The notes beneath the pieces are model-generated. The model did not search any database, had not been told where the DNA came from, and worked only from the letters and a program-made list of their open reading frames with translations. From an uncultured Actinomycetes bacterium (GTDB taxonomy: Bacteria > Chloroflexota > Dormibacteria > Aeolococcales > Aeolococcaceae): 64,000 bases of DNA. Positions 11,901-17,017 of this stretch are shown here, piece after piece; position 1 is the first letter of the stretch, and every line of letters starts with the position of its first letter. The position numbers were made by a program, and so were the translations under genes. The stretch is taken from assembly GCA_964499205.1 (NCBI GenBank), contig CAZCJX010000006.1, forward strand, positions 2,533 to 66,532, given 5' to 3'.

Positions 11901-12102
11901 TGCTGGGTGACAGCGCCGAGTCCGTCGTGGTGGTGACGTTGAAGCTGGCCGCATTGGCCGGCAGGACATGGGAGAGCACGCCGAAGAGGCCGCCCCCGAC
12001 CAGCAGGCTGGAGACGCCGACGGTGGCCAGGTGGCGCGGCTGCAGCCACCGTCCGAGGCGCGTCGTGGCCGTCCGGCCCTGCGCTGTGGTTCCGTCCTTC
12101 AT
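5980..12102 (-). CDS. 2040-aa secreted adhesin-like protein: CSLREA-like N-terminus, GGA(I/L/V)/FxxN beta-helix, 14 putative-Ig (He_PIG-like) repeats, Big_3-like domain, C-terminal beta-helix-like tail
   Basis: Signal peptide ending ANA|A; CSLRAAIEASN; FTNNSAGGGPGGAI / FSGNRGDVGGAV / FTGNTATISGGAL; 14 counted ~92-aa units (ITSA..TTFTVG.AGTF...LP.GVTF.DNGDGTATL.GTP...FTLTV); TTTTVTASTTTPTYGSNVTFTATV. Confidence 0.9.
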   Translation of the reverse strand: MKDGTTAQGRTATTRLGRWLQPRHLATVGVSSLLVGGGLFGVLSHVLPANAASFNVTTTTDSALSPSNATTCNSPCSLRAAIEASNNAGGTNTINVPAGTYNLTSSLGELQIGPSIPVTVTISGAGAASTIIHAQQPSTCTSSAPATCFRVFDVDPGVAGNRNVTLIGVTVSGGRTNQFGGAGLITGATGPVDNTTITNCIFDDNVLYSTATNVPGGGISQVFGALTVSGSTFTNNSAGGGPGGAIDLEETGSVLTLSNSSFSGNRGDVGGAVALSSGNSITSSITNSTFTGNTATISGGALDMGGAAYTVNMSGSTMTGNTAPTGGAVHDGGGTLNLDYSRIYNNTATTNGAINNASATVNANTDWWGFNTGPGTATNFTPTNWQVLTVTPSAAAILVNTTDTVTADLDHTHTGGTIAPAHHLPDGIPVSFGNGTLGTVSPTSGTLSSGSASTTYTAGSTGGLDHPTATIDGQQTQTTIEVDQPPHITSGSSATFLVGASVSCSGTLSNCFHVTAAGYPPPTFSETGALPPGVTLTSAGVLSGSPTACHGGVYNIVITATNHLTATNQDATDTQNFTLTVNEAPSITSANNTTFTTGQAGTFTVTDCGYPAPSVTLTSGSLPGGVTYDSSTHVLSGTPSSGTGGQYALQFTAHNSSGTDAVQSFTLTIDQPPAITSAATTTFTVGSAGTFTVTTTGFPHASLNDGGATLPSGVTFTDNGNGTATLAGTPAAGTGGTYSFTITASNGVTPNATQSFTLTVDEAASVISANHTTFTTGQAGTFSVTSRGFPTPTLSDGGATLPSGVTFVDNGDGTATLAGTPAAGTGGTYTFTITAHNGIGADGTQSFTLTVDQPPAITSAATTTFTVGSAGTFTVTTTGFPAGASMSITESGTLPSGVTFTDNHDGTATLAGTPGNSTAGDYPVSIGASNGVAPDASQNFTLHVLGTPHITSADHTTFVVGQAGTFTVTTTGSLPMTISDGGATLPGGVTFTDNGDGTATLAGTPAAGSAGTYSFTITAHNSAPPDATQGFTLQVNEAPAITSADHTTFTVGTAGTFTVTTTGTPTPSISDGSATLPSGVAFVDNGDGTATLSGTPAAGTGGTYSFTITAHNGVGSDATQPFTLTVDEAPSLTSADHATFTVGSAGTFTVQTAGFPAPGISETGTLPGGITFTDNGDGTATLSGTPASGTGGTYSLSFKASNGVGSDATQSFTLTVDEAPSIASAASTTFTVGTAGSFNVTTGGFPAPSLSDGGAVLPSGVTFVDNGDGTATLSGTPATGTGGTYSFTIAAHNGVGSDATQPFTLTVNEAPSFTSADHATFTVGTAGTFHVSTDGFPAPSIGESGALPGGVTFTDNGNGTATLAGTPAVGSGGTYTLRLTASNGIGTDATQTFTLTVDEAVAITSANNTTFTVGAAGTFKVTTRGFPIPSLSDGGALLPSGVTFADNGDGTATLSGTPAAGTGGTYSFTITAHNGQSTDATQPFTLTVDEAASITSASSTTFTVGTAGSFTVTTSGFPAPSIGESGALPGGVTFTDNGNGTATLAGTPGAGSGGVYHISFTAHNGIGSDGTQNFTLTVDQAAAITSANSTTFTAGSSNTFSVTTTGFPTPSISEVGSLPGGLSFVDNGNGTGTLSGTPNTGTGGVYHISFTAHNGVGSDATQSFTLTVDEAAAITSANTVTFQVNTFNSFTVTTRGFPTPSLSESGTLPSGVSFTDNGNGTGTLSGTPGSGTSSSYPITFTAHNGVGSDGTQNFTLIVGAAPTTTTVTASTTTPTYGSNVTFTATVAPVSPATGTPAGTVTFSVDGVQQATVTLNGSAQAQWTTNSLQQGPHTIRADYNGQANTFKPSFGTVNVTVGCTTNFTGTIKGGVTITGGSACVDNAKISGGVSISGGASVSIVGSTIGNGITSNGARMLAVCGDSTASGSILVGNSTGFVLIGGAGDDPSFSCGTNTVGGGITLSGNSGGFEIGGNSVKGAVTVNNNVLSLGTPLDSENATAEIEANTIKGSLSCSGNNPAPIDDLKPNHVSGGRSGQCGAANF
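9476..9551. repeat. 76-nt exact direct repeat, copy 1 (copy 2 at 10022-10097)
   Basis: gtgaccgtgaatgtcccggcgctgccaaccgtgaacgtggtggtggccgcactcgtgatggccggcggctggtcga is identical at both places, including synonymous positions. Confidence 0.9.
10022..10097. repeat. 76-nt exact direct repeat, copy 2
   Basis: Identical to 9476-9551; start of Ig repeat 3 versus Ig repeat 5. Confidence 0.9.
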
Positions 12103-12174
12103 GGTGTCTGGCTCTCCTCTGTCCGCCGATGTGTCCTCGCCTGAGCATCACCCGGGCTCAGACCGTGTACCTGC

Positions 12175-12702
12175 CTACGGTCGTGCGGGGAAGACGCCCT
12201 GCAGCGCGATGATGAAGGTCAGCCCGAGGAAGGGCATCATGTTGTTGTGCGGTTGGTCGCCTCCCGCGATCGACAGCGAGAACGGGTGCATCGTCGTGTT
12301 GCTGGTGGTGTTGTAGAGAGGCTGCTGGATGCGCTGGAAGAGGGACTCCGCCCAGCTTCCGTTCGTCGGGGCGTTGGCCGTCCCGTTGGCGGCGTTCGGG
12401 TTCGCCGTATGGCCATGCCCCGGCATCTCGCTCTGCAGGAGGGTCACCGTTTGCTCGCCCCCCGTCTCCCCCAGGTCACGCAGGCTGAGGCCGGGACCCT
12501 GACCCTGCTGCATCGGCGCGGAGCCCTGCAGGTTGGGCAGGGCGAAGTTGCTCGTGCCGTTCCCGCCGTAGGTTGTGCCGAGGAGCGAGAACAGCGCGGT
12601 GTTCTGCGAGATCGACATGAGCTGCCCGTCGCACAGCGCCCAGCCCTTGGGAGCGAAGCCGGCGGTGAAGATGCGGATCTCGGCGAGAAAGGGATTGGAC
12701 AT
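12175..12702 (-). CDS. Phage tail-collar domain protein (microcystin-dependent protein-like), type A copy 1
   Basis: MSNPFLAEIRIF...APKGWALCDGQLMSISQNTALFSLLGTTYGGNG..NFALPNLQG...GGDQPHNNMMPFLGLTFIIALQGVFP; 175 aa. Confidence 0.9.
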   Translation of the reverse strand: MSNPFLAEIRIFTAGFAPKGWALCDGQLMSISQNTALFSLLGTTYGGNGTSNFALPNLQGSAPMQQGQGPGLSLRDLGETGGEQTVTLLQSEMPGHGHTANPNAANGTANAPTNGSWAESLFQRIQQPLYNTTSNTTMHPFSLSIAGGDQPHNNMMPFLGLTFIIALQGVFPARP

Positions 12703-12720
12703 CGCGTATCTCGGCTCCCT

Positions 12721-13218
12721 CTAGTTCTGGCTGGGGAAGATGCCCTGGAGGGCGATGATGAAGTTGAGCACCAGGTAGGGCGACATGTTCTCGTGCGGCT
12801 GGCTGCCGCCGGTCACTCCGATGTCGGCAGGGTTCATGGCAGTGTTGGACGCACTGTCGAACGCCGCCGCATCCTGGGTCGACCAGAAGTTGCCCGCGGG
12901 CGTGCCGACGGTGGCGGTCGCCGTGTTGGCGTTGGGCACGTGGGTGTGCGCGGGCAGCTCGCTGATGTTGAGCGTGTGCGTCGTCTCACCGCCCATCTCG
13001 CCGAGGACGATGCCGTTGCCGACGTGGAATGGCGTCCGGCCCTGCAGGTTGGGCAGCGCGAAGGTGGTCCGCCCGTCCCCGCCGTAGGTGGTGCCCAGGA
13101 TGCTGAACAGGGCCTGGTTCTGATTGATGGGCAGCAGAGTCCCGTTGCAGAATGCCCAGCCCTTGGGCGGAAAGTTCCAGCTGATGACCTTGATCTCACC
13201 CAGGAACGGTTCGCTCAT
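12721..13218 (-). CDS. Phage tail-collar domain protein, type B copy 1
   Basis: MSEPFLGEIK...GWAFCNG.LLPINQNQALFSILGTTYGGDGRTTFALPNLQGR...GGSQPHENMSPYLVLNFIIALQGIFP; 165 aa. Confidence 0.9.
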   Translation of the reverse strand: MSEPFLGEIKVISWNFPPKGWAFCNGTLLPINQNQALFSILGTTYGGDGRTTFALPNLQGRTPFHVGNGIVLGEMGGETTHTLNISELPAHTHVPNANTATATVGTPAGNFWSTQDAAAFDSASNTAMNPADIGVTGGSQPHENMSPYLVLNFIIALQGIFPSQN

Positions 13219-13258
13219 CGCGGGAAGTCTCCGATTCGGCAGAAGCGCATCTGCACAC

Positions 13259-13765
13259 TCATGACTGCGACGGGAAGACGCCGAACAGCGAGATGATGAA
13301 GTTGATCACCAGGAAGGGCACCATGTTGTCGTGCGGCTGGCTGCCGCCTGTCTGGCCGATGGCGGTTGCCGCCATGGTGGTGATTCCGTCCGGTGCCGCG
13401 GCGTATTCCGGGTACTTCGGGCTGGCGGCCCACAGGTTGTTCGCCGGGCTGCTCGCGCCCGCGGCGTTGGTCGAGGCCTGGGGCACGTGGCTGTGGGCGG
13501 GGATCTGCTGGGTGGTCAGCGTCACCGTCTCGGCTCCACCCGTCTGTGCCAGCGCGAAGCCCGGCCCGACGTGCATGGGGACCCGGCTTTGCAGGTCCGG
13601 CAGCGCGAAGGTGTTCTGCCCGTCGCCGCCGTAGGTGGTGCCGATGAGATTGAAGAGCGCCTCGTTTTCCGAGATAGCGAGGAGCTGTCCCTGGCAGAGC
13701 GCCCAGCCCTGCGGGGCGAAGTTGCCGGCGAACATGCGGATTTCGCCGATGAACGGTTGACTCAT
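13259..13765 (-). CDS. Phage tail-collar domain protein, type C copy 1
   Basis: MSQPFIGEIRMFAGNFAPQGWALCQG...TTYGGDGQNTFALPDLQSR...GGSQPHDNMVPFLVINFIISLFGVFP; 168 aa. Confidence 0.9.
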   Translation of the reverse strand: MSQPFIGEIRMFAGNFAPQGWALCQGQLLAISENEALFNLIGTTYGGDGQNTFALPDLQSRVPMHVGPGFALAQTGGAETVTLTTQQIPAHSHVPQASTNAAGASSPANNLWAASPKYPEYAAAPDGITTMAATAIGQTGGSQPHDNMVPFLVINFIISLFGVFPSQS

Positions 13766-14100
13766 CGATCCTCGCCTCCCTCACCCGCCGGTGGAATGAT
13801 TCGATTGAACGCGGCTTCCAGGTACAGGCCCTTGTCGTCACGCTTCACAGGCACCAGGAAGAGCGGCTGGGTGCCGAGGTCGGGATGGGCGACGTCGCGT
13901 ATCGCCTGGCTGACGGGCACGTCCGCGGCGACGCGGAACAGCAGCGAGAACTGCTCGCTCGGCGGCACCGCCGCATGCTCCGAGTACTCCACCAGCTCTG
14001 CGGGCACGCTCGCCCCGTCGCCGAAGTCGATGCTGAAGGTGGAGTGGAGCAGCTCGGCGAAGCGCTGCCTGGCCACGGGCTGCTGAATGTCGACGGTCAA
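13762..14100 (-). CDS. DUF6916-like protein (no signal peptide)
   Basis: TTG 14100 overlaps the GNAT stop and follows AAGGAA; 'EQFSLLFR...HPDLGTQPLFLVPV...YLEAAFNR'. Confidence 0.75.
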   Translation of the reverse strand: MTVDIQQPVARQRFAELLHSTFSIDFGDGASVPAELVEYSEHAAVPPSEQFSLLFRVAADVPVSQAIRDVAHPDLGTQPLFLVPVKRDDKGLYLEAAFNRIIPPAGEGGEDR

Positions 14101-14615
14101 TTCCTTCCTTCTCTCCTCGTCTTGGGGTTGGTGGCTGCGACGGGATCCGTCCATTCCATGCGGATGTAGACGCCCTGGGTCTCCAGGGGCCGGAAGCCGA
14201 GCCGGTCGTACAGACGTCGCGCCCCGGCGTTGAACATCTCGACGTGCAGGCGCAGGGGACGTGCCGTGTGCGCGGCCTCGTCCATGAGGGCGCGGACCAG
14301 CCCGGTGCCGATGCCGCGGTTGCGGTACGGCGGCAGCAGGGCGATGTCGAGCAGGTTGACCTCGGCGTCGCTGCGGTCGACGTACAGCCGGCCGACCGGC
14401 TCGCCGTCGAGTTCGATGACCTGGAGGTCCTCAGGCGGATAGGTGCTCGTGTAGTGGACGCGCTGGGCGTGGTACTGCTGGTCGAGGAACGCGGCCCTGG
14501 TGGCTTCGTCCCAGGGGACAAGGGCCAGTTCGTCCTCGCGCGTTGAGGCGTAGATGTCGCGCAGCAGCGCATCGTCCTCATCGGTCACGGCGCGCAGGCT
14601 GACGTCGCCACTCAA
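14097..14615 (-). CDS. GNAT family N-acetyltransferase
   Basis: DIALLPPYRNRGIG (acetyl-CoA motif A), 'N.GARRLYDRLGF'; N-term LRAVTDEDDALLRDIYASTR. Confidence 0.9.
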   Translation of the reverse strand: MSGDVSLRAVTDEDDALLRDIYASTREDELALVPWDEATRAAFLDQQYHAQRVHYTSTYPPEDLQVIELDGEPVGRLYVDRSDAEVNLLDIALLPPYRNRGIGTGLVRALMDEAAHTARPLRLHVEMFNAGARRLYDRLGFRPLETQGVYIRMEWTDPVAATNPKTRREGRN

Positions 14616-14782
14616 CTCAGTCCCGCCTGAGCCTTCACCGCCCGTGACGGGACGCGGCCCTCACGCAGGTCGTCGGTCGGATCCGAACCAATCCGTTGCG
14701 CCGCCATCTTCCGCCCTGAGCCATCCTGCCCCCCGACGGCTCGTTCCCCCCTTAGGGACCGCCAATCGCCGCCGGCTCCGGC

Positions 14783-14811
14783 ACTATAACCCCGGCCTGT
14801 GGCGTTGCCAA
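14783..14811 (-). promoter_or_regulatory. Sigma70-type promoter for the GNAT-DUF6916-collar-adhesin unit
   Basis: TTGGCA-N17-TATAGT on the minus strand, in the gap between 14615 and 14902. Confidence 0.6.
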
Positions 14812-14901
14812 CTGGGTTCGGGTTATTTCCTCACCGAATAATCCTGGGACGGTGAGGATGCGCCCGCTGCTATCACTCTTTTTGCATGCCTGCGCACTCC
14901 C

Positions 14902-15429
14902 TTACGCTGCAGTGGGGTTGGCACCCTGCAGCGCGATGATGAAGTTCACAGGTAGGTAGGGCATCATGTTGTCGTGGCCATTCGAGCCGCCGACGATCGA
15001 TGTCGCGACCTGGCTCATGGCGTTGGGGCCGGTGTCGCGGTACAGAGGCTGCTGGATGCGCTGGAACTCGGAGACCGCCCACACGGCGTTCAGGGGACCG
15101 TCCGTTGAACCGTTGGTGTTGCTGGCGTTGACCTGGTGCGTGTGGACCGGTGTCTGTGGCGCGGTCAGCCACACCTGCGCCTGGCCGCCCCCCACGCCCA
15201 GGGGACGGTTGCTCAGGTTCGGCCCCTGGCCCGCCTGCAGCGGTGTGGCCGCCCGCAGGTCGGGCAGCGCGAAGTTGGTCCTGCCGTCGCCGCCGTAGGT
15301 CGTGCCCAGTACGGCGAACAGCTTGGGGTTGCGGGCGATCGGCAGGAGCTGCCCCTCGCAGAATGCCCAGTCGAGAGGCGCGTACGAGCCCGCGAAGATG
15401 CGGATCTCACCGATGTACGGATCGGACAT
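14902..15429 (-). CDS. Phage tail-collar domain protein, type A copy 2
   Basis: Same collar motifs; 175 aa like 12175-12702 and shares FQRIQQPLY. Confidence 0.9.
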   Translation of the reverse strand: MSDPYIGEIRIFAGSYAPLDWAFCEGQLLPIARNPKLFAVLGTTYGGDGRTNFALPDLRAATPLQAGQGPNLSNRPLGVGGGQAQVWLTAPQTPVHTHQVNASNTNGSTDGPLNAVWAVSEFQRIQQPLYRDTGPNAMSQVATSIVGGSNGHDNMMPYLPVNFIIALQGANPTAA

Positions 15430-15452
15430 CTCTTCTCTCTGACCTCGCTGCC

Positions 15453-15950
15453 TCAGCCGGGTGGCGGGTAGATGCCCTGGAGGGCGATGATGAAGGTCAA
15501 CACCAGGTACGGCGCCATGTTCTCGTGTGACAGGCCGCCGCCGCTCGAGCTGATCGCGGCGCCCGCCATCGCCTGGTCGTTGCTGCTGGCGTAGGCCGCA
15601 CCGTCCTGGGTGGCCCAGAAGTTGCCGCTCGGCGACCCCTTGTCGGCGAGGCTCGCGTTGGCCATGGGCACGTGGTTGTGCGCCGGCATCTCGCCGGTGG
15701 TGAGCACGTGCGCCGCCTCTCCACCCGGCTGGCCGAGGTTGAGGCCGTTGCCCGGGTGGACGGGCACTCGTCCTCGCAGGTCGGGCAGGGCGAACCGTGT
15801 TGACCGGTCTCCGCCATAGGTGTAGCCGATGAGCTTGAAGAGGTTCGGGTTCTGCGAGTTGGGAATCATCTGGCCGTCACAGAAGGCCCAACCCCTGGGT
15901 GCGAAGTTAACGCCGAAAAGCCTGATCTCGGCGATGAACGGCTCGCTCAC
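15453..15950 (-). CDS. Phage tail-collar domain protein, type B copy 2
   Basis: 165 aa like 12721-13218; NFWATQDGAAY vs NFWSTQDAAAF; GTG start overlaps the upstream stop. Confidence 0.9.
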   Translation of the reverse strand: MSEPFIAEIRLFGVNFAPRGWAFCDGQMIPNSQNPNLFKLIGYTYGGDRSTRFALPDLRGRVPVHPGNGLNLGQPGGEAAHVLTTGEMPAHNHVPMANASLADKGSPSGNFWATQDGAAYASSNDQAMAGAAISSSGGGLSHENMAPYLVLTFIIALQGIYPPPG

Positions 15951-16480
15951 GACGCCTCCTCCTCATCCCTCGACGGCGGGCGGCCGTGCAGGGCGATGAT
16001 GAAGTTGATCGGCAGGTAGGGATGCATGTTGTCGTGCGCCTGGCCACCGCCGAACGCGGTGAGGGCCTGGGCCGACATCACCGTGCCGTCCGGCGCCGTC
16101 GCGTATTCCTGGTACTTGGAGCTGCCGGCCCAGAAGTTGCCGGTCGGCGTGTCCGTCCCCGCCTTGGTGGCCGCAGCAAGCGCGACGTGGGTGTGGCTGG
16201 GGAGCTGGGTGATGTCCAGGATGACCTGCTCCGCTCCCCCGGTCTGCGCCGGAGCGTAGGTTCCCGCACAGACGTGCAGCGGAACGCGCCCGCGCAGGTC
16301 GGGCACGGCGAATGTTTGGGACCCGTCGCCTCCATACATGTTGCCGATGACGCTGTAGAGCTCGGGGAACTCGCTGATCTGCAGCAGCCGGCCGTCGCAG
16401 ACGGCCCAGCCGGGGAGCGGTGGCGGGTCGACGCCGCCGAACATCCTGATCTCGCCGAGGTACGGATACGGGTCACTCAA
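15947..16480 (-). CDS. Phage tail-collar domain protein, type C copy 2
   Basis: TTG 16480 (LSDPYPYLGEIRMFGG); SSKYQEYATAPDG vs SPKYPEYAAAPDG in 13259-13765. Confidence 0.88.
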   Translation of the reverse strand: MSDPYPYLGEIRMFGGVDPPPLPGWAVCDGRLLQISEFPELYSVIGNMYGGDGSQTFAVPDLRGRVPLHVCAGTYAPAQTGGAEQVILDITQLPSHTHVALAAATKAGTDTPTGNFWAGSSKYQEYATAPDGTVMSAQALTAFGGGQAHDNMHPYLPINFIIALHGRPPSRDEEEAS

Positions 16481-16789
16481 CCGGAAAGCCCCCCTGTATC
16501 GTGAGCGTCGCGACGCCCGATCAGTCCGCCACCGTGCGCGCACTATAAGGTGCGAATCGTCCGCGTGCATACAATTCGGTCACGAATCTTGCGGGCGCCC
16601 GCTGCGCAAGTGTGGCAACTGCTTCCATGCCGGAGGGGATCGCACGCCCAGCGCCACCGGAATCGCCCCCGTCACGGTCCCCCTGGCGGCCCTGCTCGCG
16701 GCGTGTTCCGGGCCGGCTCCTGCTGCTGCTCGGCTGGCGCCGTACCCGCCGCGCGCCGGCGCCGATGCAGCCCTGATGCCTAGAGGCGA

Positions 16790-17017
16790 GGCGGGCGCCG
16801 CCTCGCAGTCGTCGTGGTCGTGGAAAGGCATGCTCCGGCGCGACGCGGTAGGCGACGCTCACCACCGCCGCGCCGAGGCGCTGCGTAGGTCGTGGAGGAG
16901 TTGGTCGCGCAGGTCGTGGCGACCGCCGATCCAGCCGACGGCGCGTTCCACTGCGTCGGGCTGCTCGCGGACGGGCGCGAACGGATTCTCGATCGTCGCC
17001 GGCTGCATCGCCGTCAT
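16790..17017 (-). pseudogene. Remnant of an alpha/beta-hydrolase (HSL-type esterase)
   Basis: ATG 17017 overlaps the GH3 stop. Pieces in three frames read GWIGG...DQLLHDL / RLGAAVVSVAYRVAPEHAFP / HDDCEAA, matching the canonical GGW.GG...VVSVDYRLAPEHPFP...DDC; the catalytic GxSxG half is absent. Confidence 0.65.

Noticed and set aside
14616-14780. Riboswitch in the ~160-nt GNAT leader
   Set aside because: No known aptamer consensus recognised; an Rfam/Infernal search would be needed.
12175-16480. Prophage or contractile injection system suggested by tail-collar genes
   Set aside because: No integrase, terminase, capsid, sheath, tube, baseplate or spike motifs in the window.
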